From: Octopus sinensis
Taxonomy: Eukaryota
NCBI RefSeq assembly: GCF_006345805.1
Contig: NC_042997.1
Location: 1,612,001 to 1,676,000, forward strand
Reading direction: 5' to 3'
DNA: 64,000 nucleotides
In this document: in pieces, positions 26,661 through 40,328 of the stretch
How the letters are laid out: every line of letters starts with the position of its first letter
Position numbering within the stretch: the stretch's first letter is position 1
Translations under genes and position numbers: made by a program
Notes under the pieces: generated by a model
Told to the model about the DNA's origin: nothing
The model's database searches: none
Seen by the model: only the letters and a program-made list of their open reading frames with translations

Positions 26661-27555
26661 ACATATATTTTCATACACTCACACACAGACAGACATATGC
26701 AGTTCTCGATATAAGACTTGCATTTATACCCTGTGAAAATACATATGCTTTTATTGAAGTTGATGGCGTCTTAGTATGTGCCAGGTCAAAATATCATTCT
26801 TCCAAATTACTCTATTAGAAATTAGAGGCTTATTTATTATATAATATTCATTGTAGAATGCAATCACACCATTTCATAATAATCAATTTTATTTCCATTG
26901 AAATTTTATTTTACTGTAGAGTAAGCAGCGAGAAACTACTTCGTTGAATTATTTTCCAGAGACTCATAACAGCGATAGAAATTTCTTTCAAGAAACTCTT
27001 TAATAATTCATTAAGTGCATGATTTAAGTTAGAGAAAATTTCATTCAATACAACTGGTACCTGATTAGGCAGTGATATGTCGTTATTTCAAATATATTCT
27101 TCAACCTCATTGTGTAACTTGTTAATGATTTTAATTCTGTCACGAATTTCGTAATTATTTTCAGTAGCAATACTATCCTTTGAGAATTACTTTTCGATTT
27201 TAATGAAAATTTACTTCCCTTCAGCTTAAATTCATCAATTTAATATTAAAGACACTGCCCATAGAAAATCGAAATATGTGATATGAGTCAAGAAAATGTT
27301 TAGAAAGTATCTTATTATTCTGCCACTTTTTCGTCATAAGAAACACCTTATCGTATGCCCTCCCGAAAGTGAATCTCGAGTTTATGTTGTAAGAGGATGA
27401 ATGAAATTGTCAACTAGTATCGGTTATTCTAGGTATTGTTATATATGTACGTGTGTGCATGAGTGTATGTGTGTGTGTGCATGCGTGCGTGCATATGTGT
27501 GCATATAAATATATGCATATATATATATATATATATCTAAAAAATATATATATAT

Positions 27556-28230
27556 GGTGGTTGTCTACTCCTTATGCAGATTTTGACCACCTCCTCTAGA
27601 TATACATTAGAACGACCATGGCATCTGATGTGGCTTTTTGAAACAGACAATCGTTTGAAAACACACTCACATAGTTTGCACATCCAATTTGGGCCATTAA
27701 GAACTATAGATAAATTATCATCTTTGTGGATCTTAAAATGTATTTTGAGGTCTCCGCTAGATTTACAAACCTTCTGGCAGACACTGCATTCAAAGGTGTG
27801 CACTGACATGTAGGTAGAATAGTTGGTGAATGTTCTTTTTCCATGGGTTTGCAAATGAGATTTGAGGCCAGTAAAAGAAAGGCATGGTGTCACAAACCGT
27901 GCACACAAAAATGTTTTTGTCATTCACATTGTCGATCGTAACGTTCTTCCTTCAATCGCTTTTCATTCTTACATTCGTTATCCTGGCCTCTTCAGACAAT
28001 TTCACTCCACTCTACATTTTCTTTCGCTATCCAGCTCGATCCGTAACAAGGGTTTCTATGTCTTCTGGATCCATTCCAAGTGGCTTCGGAATTGTCCTCA
28101 TGCCGTCCTTAAAACATTTTTAGGTTTGCTCCGATAACGTTTCCCCTCTGTAAGCTCACCATAAAACAACTGCTCGGGCATGTGTTCATCCACCATTCGA
28201 ACAATATGGCTACACAATCTCTTTTGGTTG
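27556..28230 (-). mobile_element. RTE (BovB-like) LINE 3' fragment ending in three C2H2 zinc fingers
   Basis: SHIVRMVDEHMPEQLFYGELTEGKR..KDGM..DR is an RTE C-terminus, followed by three fingers: FVCTVCD.PCLSFTGLKSHLQTH (after correcting compensating frameshifts), FECSVCQKVCKSSGDLKIHFKIH, WMCKLCECVFKRLSVSKSHIRCH. Confidence 0.88.
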
Positions 28231-28254
28231 TGTGTGCATATAGGTATATGTATG

Positions 28255-28290
<36 letters not shown>

Positions 28291-28293
<3 letters not shown>

Positions 28294-28734
28294 TAAGCAA
28301 TTAAGGGTTTAGCAACGAATTGCCTCACCACACACCGAATTTAGAAATAGCAGTCAAAGAGTTATAGCTATTCTTTCTACTAAAAGGGGGATCTCAGTAA
28401 AAACACAGCACTTGAAAGGCAAACACAGACAGGTAAGAGAAAATGAAATGACGGCAATCTATCATACAATTTTAAGTCACCTACGGACGTACGTTTCGAA
28501 ATCAAGTTTTAGGAAAGCATGTTTTAGGAAACGTACGTCCGTAGGTGACTTAAAATTGTATGATAGATTGCCGTAATTTCATTCTCTCTTACCTGTCTGT
28601 GTTTGCCTTTCAAGTGCTGTGTTTTTACTGGGATCCCCCTTTTAGTAGAAAGAATAGCTATAACTCTTTGACTGCTATTTCTAAATTCGGTGTGTGGTGA
28701 GGCAATTTGTTGCTAAACCCTTAATTGCTTAGTA
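28291..28734. repeat. Long hairpin: 207-bp arms, 30-bp spacer
   Basis: 28291-28497 vs reverse complement of 28528-28734, 4 mismatches counted by eye. Confidence 0.97.
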
Positions 28735-28832
28735 TTACTTAAATTTTCCTCGAATGAGGCTTTTACATGCCGAAATCTACTTGGTGTAATTAATAATTAT
28801 TCCAAATTAATTAATTTCACCCTTTATTGTTA

Positions 28833-28869
<37 letters not shown>

Positions 28870-28966
28870 TATATAGAGGAGCTTCTACAGGACTAGAATT
28901 TTACTCTGCTATGTATTGAGTACCTTAATTACTGTGGTTAACCCCGAATCAACCCGGGACCTACAT
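28291..28966. mobile_element. (TA)n-embedded PLE pseudo-LTR-like element, family shared with 49200-49774
   Basis: Arms and flanks align with 49200-49774; HHR 3' half (GAAA-CGTACG-TC) at 28528-28540, a degenerate HHR at ~28748-28790, and a 67-bp terminal module 64/67 identical to 49708-49774. Confidence 0.7.
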
Positions 28967-28993
28967 ATATATATATATTATATATATATATAT

Positions 28994-29015
28994 GGTGGTT
29001 TTCTACTCCTTATGC
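28994..29015 (-). mobile_element. 22-bp 3'-terminal copy of the RTE family at 27556
   Basis: ggtggttttctactccttatgc vs ggtggttgtctactccttatgc (21/22); both abut (TA)n. Confidence 0.7.
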
Positions 29016-29041
29016 CTATGTGCATGTGTGTGCATATAAAC

Positions 29042-29429
<388 letters not shown>

Positions 29430-30039
29430 TTATATATCACAACTCCTGTTCCACATCTCCTTTTTTAAATATATATATATATACTGTATGTGTAAAATAG
29501 ATAGATATATAGATTGATAGAAACATAGATACATACAAGCATATACATACATACATCCAGCGATACATACATCCAGCGATACATACATACATGCATGCAT
29601 TCATACATATATACATGCATGCATATAACGCACGTTGGCAGAGTGCAATAGGACGCAAAGTACAATCGAGCTGTTAGATAAGCAATGAATATTTTTAATT
29701 AATCCTACTATTCCATATATTGGTGTAAGTTTCTCATATTCTTATATCTTAACGGAAATTATTATTGTGCTATTTTTACATAGACCATTTTTCATGAGAA
29801 TGTAACCAGGAATACATCATTAACCAATTAATACCTTATCTTTCATTTTGATTTTATATCATCAGCATATGGATACATTCTGTGTCGGGATTATTTTCCA
29901 CATTTTCAAAATGTGGAAAATAGCATCTAAATTTCTGCGTAATGATCTTTCACCATCTTAAAAAACAATAATATTTTCAAGAGTGTCTTCCAAATACTTA
30001 TTCATCTCAGTTAATCAAAGTTCTACTCAATCAGAAGTG

Positions 30040-30330
30040 GTCCGGTCCTACAACGCTATGACTGAATAGTGAGCCTTCTCTGCGGTGGGGTTGCTGTTAT
30101 GCACAATGACGACCTTCCTCGCATGCATTGAAGTGCCAGTCGAAATATACGCTCCTCTTCTAGGCCTCTACTCTGCCGTCTCACGCTTTTTTCTGTCGCT
30201 ACAATTATATCTTTTCTTCACCAGTGCTCTACCTTGTCTATTCAGGCTCTCCAGACTTCTATTATCTTTACTTCTGGTCACTATTCTTGTCCAAACTACC
30301 TACACGCTTCACAAATAACTTTACCCACCT
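30040..30330 (-). mobile_element. Possible LINE APE-endonuclease remnant
   Basis: GC-richer block; minus-strand ctggcacttcaatgca resembles an eroded LGDFNA motif. Weak. Confidence 0.2.
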
Positions 30331-31260
30331 TCCCTCCCTGGGTGGCTGCTTTGTAATTTCCTACCTGTCAGCGTTATTCCTTCATATGCAAACTTGCGGC
30401 ATTGACGACATTAAATTGATTTGATTCTGTCACAATGCTTCGGATGGAGCAAATAAAACACTATAAATAACATACATTATTCATCTTCAGTAGAACTAAC
30501 CGCAAATGCGAAAAGGAAATTTGTATCGTAATATTGGTAGATTTCTTTTATACAACCACCATTAGGAAAGAAACTTGCATAATGCAGTCATTAGAAAAGT
30601 CGCTTGCATTATGCATTAATCAGGCGTCTTTGTTACGAAAGTAATCATAATTGTTGTGTCAGACACTCAAGGAAAATTACGTGGCATAAAGATTGCGTGA
30701 GTAGATATGAACCTGTACGCATATGTATAAGCACTGATGATAGAATTTTAATCCAAAATATTTTGAACATTTCAATGCTTGTAAGTGTAAGACATGGCTT
30801 AGATTAGTGCAATAATCTAAACAATAATAATGTAAGATTTTATATAACTGTTTTTGCTAGAATGGGGCATATGAGACGAGCATTCATTATGATCTCCTTT
30901 TACCAAACATGCGCCACCTAATTCAGCTTTAATGAACCAGAGTTTAAAAAAAATTATTTCTCACTGGTTGTAACATGCAATAAGTTCGAAATTTAGTTAA
31001 ATAACCCATATGGAAACGTTAATAGGGGTGTCTTTGTCAAAGTATATTGTGTATTACCTTGCCACTACTAATATAATACCCAATCGTTCTCATAATTTCT
31101 CTCTGTTACTCTCATTTTTCTTATTCTTTACTTCTTGCCCCTTAAGCTTTACACACACATTCTCATACGCATATATACATACATAAAACATAGGACATAC
31201 ATGCAAAACTTACATTCATATGTATGCATCTCTATTTCTCTCTCTATAAATAAAATAAAA

Positions 31261-31500
31261 GCGCCCTTTTAAAGCCTAGCCAGGATCATGGGCCCAGTTT
31301 CCCGGTTTCTATGGCGTATGCGTACACCAGGTGGATGGGACGCCAGTCAATCGCAGCGTTACTCATTTTTGCTAGCTGAGTGGACTGGAGCAACGTGAAA
31401 TGATGTGATTTGCTCAAGAACACATCACGTCGCCCGGTCAAGGAAACCACAAACTTACGATCATGATGCTGGCATCCTAACCACTAAGCCAAGCGCCTCC
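31261..31500 (-). mobile_element. tRNA-derived CORE-type SINE
   Basis: Minus strand ggaggcgcttggcttagtggttagg..ttgagcaaatcac..ctccagtccactcagctagc..tggcgtcccatccac. Confidence 0.85.
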
Positions 31501-31501
31501 A

Positions 31502-31569
<68 letters not shown>

Positions 31570-31941
31570 AATATATATATACTTACAGCAATATGTAAAG
31601 TATCAAGATTTAGAAACATAGTAAGCTTCAAGCCAACCGTAGAAGGTATAAAAGACAACTTTCAGGAGCAATAGAAGTTTATTGACGTACAAAGTTGTAA
31701 AGCTCGATGAGCTGAAAAGAGTTATCTTATAGTTCTCGATAAGTAACTGGAGTTGCAGTGTATGCGGATAAAAATCCATAATTGTGGAATGAAGTAGATA
31801 AAATCAAGACCGTACATGTTTCCAAACTACTAGAACCTCGAAAGTAGTAATTACTAAATCGAGGGGTACGTTGCTGTTCATCAGGCCAATGATATCTTTG
31901 TCAAATAAAGGATACATTGATTGAATATATACAGACATATG

Positions 31942-31973
<32 letters not shown>

Positions 31974-31980
31974 ACACACA

Positions 31981-32011
<31 letters not shown>

Positions 32012-32038
32012 ACACACACACATATATATATATATAAT

Positions 32039-32077
<39 letters not shown>

Positions 32078-32082
<5 letters not shown>

Positions 32083-32172
32083 TAATCCAAAGAAAACAAA
32101 AAGACAACAACGCGAGGATGTGGAACAAATAAAGTATTATTGGACGCTCAGGAAAGAAGAGAAGAAGGAGGG

Positions 32173-32173
<1 letters not shown>
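32078..32173 (-). mobile_element. Truncated copy of the 18039-18256 element (post-HHR segment only)
   Basis: Shares aaag..aatccaa..gcgagga..gtattattggacgctcaggaaagaag..gaaggagg with 18039-18141; flanked by (TA)n on both sides. Confidence 0.85.
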
Positions 32174-32226
<53 letters not shown>

Positions 32227-32854
32227 TGTGTGCATGTGTGTGTATATTTAGATAGTGTGTATATAGTACTTGTGTATATATGTAGGTACGTGTGTATATA
32301 CGTAAATACTATCTATGTCTACATCGCTCGGAATATCTCAGAAGAGCAATACTTTCCGTAATATCACTGTATTGTTCTTTAACTACAGTGCACTCAGGAA
32401 AATGCTGTTCATTGTGATAAATCTAGTTAGATTTTAACACGATCGTTTTTTCTCCAACGCTTATGCAAACCTTGAATCTCAGAACAATTAATAATTATTA
32501 ACCTTTTTGTATTGGTTTATATGTTGTGAACCACAAGACAGTGCTAAATATATGGTAAATACTTAAAATTACAAACTGTACATAACAATGTGTAAAATTA
32601 GCAGTCATAGAATATATGTCTATTTCAAAGATGCAATTAAATCATTATAGGTTAATTGTGTTACACTTGCTAGTGTTTATGCAGTAATTGATATTGTTTC
32701 AATTATTGTTTCCATTAATATTCTTCGTTCTCATTCCCCTCTCCATCGTATAATTTCAGGCTTTTTATTCATCTCTTTCTGTACAAAACACGTATCCTGT
32801 AAAATGATTGTGATATTTCTAAAGAATTGTTATTAATGTATTTCTGTAAACTCT

Positions 32855-32932
<78 letters not shown>

Positions 32933-33251
32933 TGTACATATGTACTTAATTCGTGCATTTAAAGATGTTTATTTCAGTGATATTTTCAATTACTGACGCT
33001 CCGAGTTAAACGTCTGAGTAATTAATAAGAAATTGATATTGTAAGAATCTGTGTTTTATATAGAAATACTATACACTTTTGAACATATGAATGTATACCT
33101 TAGTCTTCATTGGCATACTGATATATCGCAAAGGATGGAAAGAAGCATGTTCTAACAACTATTGAATAGTGCAATCAGAAAGTAAGGGACTTCAAACTAT
33201 TAGAATTGCTGAGAAGGTATCTTATAGATATGATCTCACTAAGAGACTATT

Positions 33252-33740
33252 GTGAAACAAGACCTTCATCCACCTAAAACGATGTTGTGGGTATGGTGTG
33301 ACAGGGAAGGGATTATCCATTACGAATTGCTTGAACGGAGCCAAACGGTCAACGCAGAATTCTATGTTCAATAGATGGAACGACTCAACACGGCTATTCA
33401 ACAGAAAATACCTAATCGTCAGCATGGAGTTCTTCTGCTGCATAACAGCGTCAGCCCTGATATCGCCAACATGACCAAGGAAGCCATTCAAATGCATGGC
33501 TTGGAAGTGATGCCACACCCGCCGTAGTCTCCTGATTTGGCACCAATGGATTTCCACCTCTTTCTAACTCATTCAAATGCTATGCGCGGAGTTTCGTTCA
33601 TTACTGATGCAGAATTGAGAGCTTTGTTGGATCAAATTTTGGAGTCGAAATCGAGTGATTTCTACCGAGGAGGTATTGAAAATCTTGTTGAATGTTGGGA
33701 AGAAAATGTAGACAACAAGGGTGAATACATTATTGATTAA
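33252..33740 (+). mobile_element. Mariner transposase 3' fragment (pseudogene)
   Basis: KQDLHPPKTMLWVWCDREGIIHYELL..TVNAEFY..LLLHNS..PHPP*SPDLAPMDFHLF..GEYIID*. Confidence 0.95.
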
Positions 33741-34068
33741 TTAGTTATTATTTTTTTATTAAACCTTTAAAAAAATTAAATTTAAAAAAAATAGCAATGA
33801 GATAAAGCAGAGATTATTTATGCCTTATAATTTAACACACTCACAGGTAAAATTTCCACTTATTATTTTTATTTTCCAAAATTTTTCGTTGCGTCTGGCA
33901 ACCTTTTCAATAGTCAAGCACAAAAAGTAAATGACTCTCTGCAGACACAAAAAAATATGCTTCAACACACGAAATCATATAAAGAATCTTGCAAACCAAA
34001 TCAAAAAACGAAAGATTATTCACATTATTTACATTTGACGGATATTTGTCCTCATCTTCTTTGTTGTT

Positions 34069-34114
34069 AACACAACGTTTCGGCTGATGCACTCTCCAGC
34101 CTTCATCAGGTGTC
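34069..34114 (-). ncRNA. Minimal type-I hammerhead ribozyme with intact core
   Basis: Minus strand GACAC|CTGATGA|A|GGCTG-GAGAGTGCAT-CAGCC|GAAA|CG|TT^GTGTT: 5-bp stem I, 5-bp stem II, palindromic AACGTT helix III. Confidence 0.85.
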
Positions 34115-34167
34115 TTGGGGAAATTTCGAACCTGACTTCTCATTCCTAAGGTATTTTTCCGATGTTG

Positions 34168-34170
<3 letters not shown>

Positions 34171-34245
<75 letters not shown>
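34171..34245. repeat. (TTA)n microsatellite
   Basis: Seen directly. Confidence 0.97.
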
Positions 34246-37200
34246 GTTAGGTCTCTGCCAGTGAAATCTTTCATTCCATAGGCTCCAGCATTTCCACATC
34301 CCTTAGAATCGCGGAATTTTCTTTGAAATTATAGTTTATATATTTACCCTTAAAAAGTGAATATTAGGATGTTGGCATCATGAAATGTACTCTCTCAATT
34401 CCCGTAAGCCAAAAGATGCACAATTCCTGGTATGCATCTACTTTTTTTTCTTTCCGTCACATCTCACAATATCGACTCCTGTATATTATTTATTCTTCCC
34501 TAATCTAATCTTACCAAGAGCTATCAAGGTGCAACTTCGACAGCGCAATTCAAATGAGTGCAACGAAAGATTCACCTATTGGTTTCATACTCTTTTCGAC
34601 TTCTCCAAAATACAGAATCTCTGCATATTTAAATTCCAAATGTTCATAACTTCAAATGTTATATCGAAACCACTTTATCAGTTGTATTTCTGGAGTGCGT
34701 AAATATTTAAACGTGCAAAGCGTGTACATACAAACAGTAAACTTCTACAAGTTTACTGTTTCAGAAATATTCAGTATTCTATGTTTTACATTTGTAGAGT
34801 TAATATATGCGTGTATATTTTGGGCAATCTGATTTCATGCCATCTCCACACATACTCTCCATATACTCATGAGTCTCCCTTCATCATGCTTTATATATTG
34901 GTCCAACTAGGTTCTACACTCTCCACTCAATAACTGTTCTTAACAGTAGCTGCACATAACTCGTCTGCAGCTATGGAGATGAACTAGTTAAAGAGGAAAT
35001 ATAAAGAAGTCAATTTCAGTGGTCTTGAACACCCTATAACAAACATGGAAAAAGATAAATAGAAATTAATCAAATACTTCAAACACAATCAGTTGTTCGT
35101 AAATGTTGCGTAGAATTGTAGGTATTCATCTTACGTAATTGAAAATATGCATGAGTCCAGGGAAATGACATTTTATACTTGAAAAGGAATATATCATTAA
35201 AAAACAAAACAAATACAGTCTTCTTATTGTGAGTCATACGTGTATTGATGAATATTTAGATCACAAAAATAGTTTAAATTCATAAATTCCCGAGCGAAAT
35301 TAACAGTAACTGCTGTACGTCTTACAGTAGTGTATATATATATTGGTCCACAGTGTATATCCTTAAGACTATTAGATTTTTATACATACTTTTTGGTGAT
35401 ACGTATAAATAAACTATGCATTTTGCATACATGTACATTTGCCTTTTATATCAACAACTGCAAAAATCTTAATTACTATTTATCTGATATAATGCCTGAC
35501 GCGTTCACATTCTGAATAAAATTTATACTTTAACATTGAAAGTTGAATATAAAACAAGAATTGTATTTCATATATAACATCTGTGTATAGATTTATACAT
35601 ACACGCCTGCATATCTATGTAGTTATATACTGAAAAACATAATAAATGCGAACTAAATGTATTGGTGTTGTCATGTAATCTTACAGATTTTGTTTCGGTA
35701 AAATCTCTTTTGGTTATAAAAAGTATTGATCCAAACGAAATATTTAGCGAAACATATTCAAGCAAAGCTAACTAACTTCGAACTGAATTATCTTTAAAGA
35801 TTTAATTACTATATATGTTCCCTGCACATAAAATAGATAACAAATTAATACTCGATTTATTGATATTATTCATATAATACCGATAATATATATCTAAATG
35901 TATCTCAAACACAATAGAATTCAGATAATTTCAATAACATTCAGCGATCTTCAGCTACTCATTAAAATAGATTTAAAAGTGTCATGTTAATGCTTGTTAA
36001 AGAACGATAGAATAGCGTTCGTTACATCAAATATGGTATAATTGCTCTTAGAATTCATTTACTTTCCCTGCATCATGAAACATTGTAAACGGTAATAGAT
36101 AAAAAAAACAAGTTTTGGTGATACAAATTTATAAGTCTCTAATATAGTTATGGTTTACAATCATCACATATTTACAGCATACGATGTTTCAGATGAACGT
36201 GTAGAAGCAATCGTATTGGTGTTGTCATGGGTGTTCTCGGTTGTGTGACTGAAGTCAAGACATATTTTGTTGGATCGTCAATGCCGCTATAGTTGCTTGT
36301 TCAATTGAGGAATGCCAATATGTTTCTTTACCACGTCTAGAAATAACTGAACACCACCCACAAACATTTAAAAGAGGAACTTATTGTCGCTCGTAAAGCC
36401 AATGTAGAAATATATGAAGAATAACTTCAAAGAAGTGTTGTTTAGAAAAACACTGTAGTGAGAAGGAAATAGGAAGACAATTTCAAAATGCAATGAACAA
36501 GATAGTATTTACTCGCAGAGAACAGAACGTCACAGCCCAGTGTACCAAGAAGAACAGAAAATCTCAGTTACCACCAGCAGTACCATTATAACAATCATTG
36601 AAAAAAGTGTCTATTTAGAAAACATGGCGAGATAAACACAACAGTTTTGCTTCAATTTTTCCCTTTGAAACTTGTAGCATGTTCAATATCAGCAAAATTC
36701 TTGTTGTCCATGTCTCATTCTTTGTTATTACATTCGTAGAATGATAATGTCTCAACATATTGCCGTCAAAATAATCACATATATTGGGGAGATTTTGTTT
36801 GCCTACCAGTTGAAACGCATATTGTTATGATTTGGACATTTTTGAAATTCTTTGAAAACGTTTTAGTGTCCTATGAAGCACTCAATATTCTTACTAAAAT
36901 CGCTGAAAAGTATTATTTTTAAAGTTAATTATTATTGTTCTACTAAAAACAGATTTTTGGTAACACTGATTCCTCCGTTTTTGGAAGTGAAATAAGAACT
37001 TGCAACGGTGTGCCATTTCATCAGCAAGTATTGGCTGGGTTCTCATATTTCATGTCCAAATTTGTCTTTCATTTTTGCTGTATAAATTTCACTTTAAAAT
37101 CTCTATGTATAAGATTACCACTTTGGCCACTAATTTTCTCATTTTATCTCCTTTCTTTACTTCTCTTACTTTTAGTTGCCACCTCTAATATTTTTTATTT

Positions 37201-38492
37201 CTCTTTTCTGTTTTACTCATGATATTTTCATTATTCAATATCAAAACGTTAAATTTATATTTATATCATACATGTTTACATTTTATTTTTTCAATTTTGC
37301 ATGCCTTTATTCTTTTATATTCTTACCTGAAACTTTCTTTTCTTGTATAAATTATAACTAACTGCATATGCTGAAACATTATATAACATATATTTTCTAA
37401 ATATTTCAAGACCGTATTTATGCGCGATTGCTGATCACTTTTACTTTTTCCACAACACTATATCTGTTAAATATATTTTTCTACTAGATATTTTATGTAT
37501 TTCCCCCACTTTTACATCATTTTCTCTTAATCCACATTATACATTATACTTTTCTTGAATTCTGTTTACTGATTTTCTTTTTTCATCAATTATCCCTGCT
37601 ATTTTCTATTTATTGCTTTGCTTTATATAACTGAAATGTTCTCATTAGTGCCTTGGGATTAGACGTTGTGAAGGTTCTCAATTTCAAGTTTTGAAAAGTT
37701 TAAAAACTGCGTATCTCTATCTACTCTTCTACCTTGCTTCTCTTTTTTCATCTCTCTTTTTTCTCTCTCTTTCTTTCAGTTCTTCTTTCTGTCTGTCTGT
37801 CTTTTGTATTCCACTACTAGAACTTGTAACGCACATGATGTTCTGATCATAACCCGCATATATTGATACCCTCTTCTCTCACTGTGATCATCCTTAACAT
37901 TTCTTTCTATTCTTCTTCGCTCTCTGTTCCTCTAGCCTCTCTATTGTTCTTTGTGCAATCTAATATTTCCCTCCTACTCTCAATTCCATCTATCCTTTCT
38001 TCCTCTCTCGATCTGCCATTCGAACCCTTGTTTCCTTTTTACTTGCTGGCCTTCATTCTCATCCATCCAGTCATTGGATTTATTCATGCTGGATAGAAGG
38101 GTTTACTCGAACAATCAACACAATACAAATATATCAAGGCTTGTAACTAGTCTTATTCTAGCAGTCACTCAGTGCTGAACCACGAACTTGCATGGACGCA
38201 ACCACACCAAAACGGTGGCCAAGCAACGCCGGAAGCAAACACAGACAAAACGATATGCACTAGTATATATTCCTCAGCTTCTCACACAGTCTCTGACAAC
38301 AAACTTTACTCGCAAGACAGAAGCCGCCCTGAAGCTATAGAAGAAATCACTTGCACAATACATTGCATAGTAGGAGGTGGGACTGAAACCGAATCTACAT
38401 GGTTACAAAGTGAGATTGCTAAACATGTATGGACACGCACAGGCACACACATACTCACACACACAAACACACACACACACACACACACACAC

Positions 38493-38527
<35 letters not shown>

Positions 38528-38940
38528 CAAATTGAGATAGGTGTTGTAAATGCAACCCTCCATGGGATAACATATATCCAATATACTGCTAGTGAAGTAC
38601 CCAACAAAGTTAATACATAAACGTTAATGATTGCGATGCAATCAATTCATTTACTGTATTATATGGGCAAAGGTAAAATGATTTACCACAAATTACCAAT
38701 ACAAGAAAAGAAAATGGAGAAATACATCTAAATCAAATATTAATTACCAGATAATACTCAATCACATACTTTATTAAACCACCACATAAGAGACTGTAGG
38801 GTTAAATATAAAAAGCAGAACAAATCAGTGTACATAAAGGAATGTACATAAAAATGTGTATATAAAAGAGTAATGTTGTATAATAAGTAGAATATATATA
38901 AAAGAGAATATAAGTAAATATAAATATAAGTATAGATTAT

Positions 38941-39067
38941 ATCTTACAGCTGTTTCGGTCATGTAGATAAGTATGTCTCATTTTACCAATATTAGCCCTT
39001 TATGGTAGGTCAATATATAGATATAAATGAGACATTTACAAAAATATCATAAGGCCTCTTCGGAGAT
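38941..39067 (-). ncRNA. Hammerhead ribozyme with a long stem-II insertion (U4C variant)
   Basis: Minus strand ATCT|CCGAAGA|GGCC-(~90 nt with an internal tgtctcattt/aaatgagaca stem)-GACC|GAAA|CAGCTG|TA^AGAT. Confidence 0.6.
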
Positions 39068-40020
39068 TATGTAATATAAATCAGTCTACATATATACCCA
39101 CATGGGTGTGGGTGCATACCCATAATACAATATATACATATACATATGAGTGCATATACTCACACTCTTATACATATAAAAATATACATATACATAATGA
39201 TATAAATATATAATATAAATTAGAAAACATATATATGTGTTCCACATCCAATGTCTCAGTTTTTCGACTTAATATTGTGATAATAAACATACACAATTTA
39301 GTACCTAGATGCGAATATATATAGTCAATAGTACATTATATTACTTCATACTAATTTCTAAAGTATCATTAAAGTTAGCATCATTATCGTTGTCAATACC
39401 ATTAATGTTACCATTATTATCATTCATAATATTATTAATAACCCTTACATTAGGATCCAGAGCGGTATATATGTCTCTCCGGGTTCCAGTTAGTAAATTT
39501 CCTTATGACATAAATACACCATTGGATTTGAATTTAAAATTATCATTATCTTCCTCAATGTTGGTCAATTGAGAGCCGCCCGACCTCCACAACACCGCAC
39601 AAGCAAAACATACACATCCACATCTAACCCTAAACCCACACATCCACACAGAAACTCACACACACATGCACACACACATGTGAATACACCCCGACACATC
39701 TCTACACATTCACTAAATTGCAGAGTGCATGTCTGTCATCGCATGGCTTATAGACAAAACAGTACAGACAGCGGTGTCTAACACTAACACACACACTCAC
39801 ACGCACATCCGCATATACGCATAAATATTAATACACTTTCCTATACTGTCTCAGGGAACTTTCGCACTCACATATATATATATATTTAAATATATATCTG
39901 CGCACTCATACGTATAAATAAATCCTATATTTATATCCACCCATGAATAAATATGCGCATATACATATATACATATCCAAGTACGCACCTGCGTGCTCAT
40001 ATGTGTAATAAAAACATACA

Positions 40021-40328
40021 TCCGTACATCCACCCACGATCATACCAATATGTACAAAAACATACATACGTACACATACACATATATTCACACACCTACA
40101 GAAGTTACTATTAATTTAGAATAAGTTTATTAATTATAAATTAAATTAATTATAGATTAGTAAGTGCCAAATAAACAAAAATAAATCTAACTAATCTATA
40201 ATTAATGTAATTTATAATTAATAAACTTATTCTAAATTAATAGTAACTTCTGTAGGTGTGTGAAAATGTGTATGTGTACGTATGTATGTTTTTGTACATA
40301 TAGGTATGATCGTGGGTGCATGTACGGA
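40021..40328. repeat. Long hairpin: about 140-bp arms, 28-bp spacer
   Basis: 40021-40161 vs reverse complement of 40190-40328, few mismatches. Confidence 0.95.

Noticed and set aside
27537-27923. Host C2H2 zinc-finger gene
   Set aside because: The fingers are continuous with an RTE RT C-terminus and end at a LINE 3' end fused to (TA)n.
39309-39572. Leu/Ser/Ile-rich 87-aa ORF
   Set aside because: Antisense shadow of an AAT/GAT-rich low-complexity stretch.
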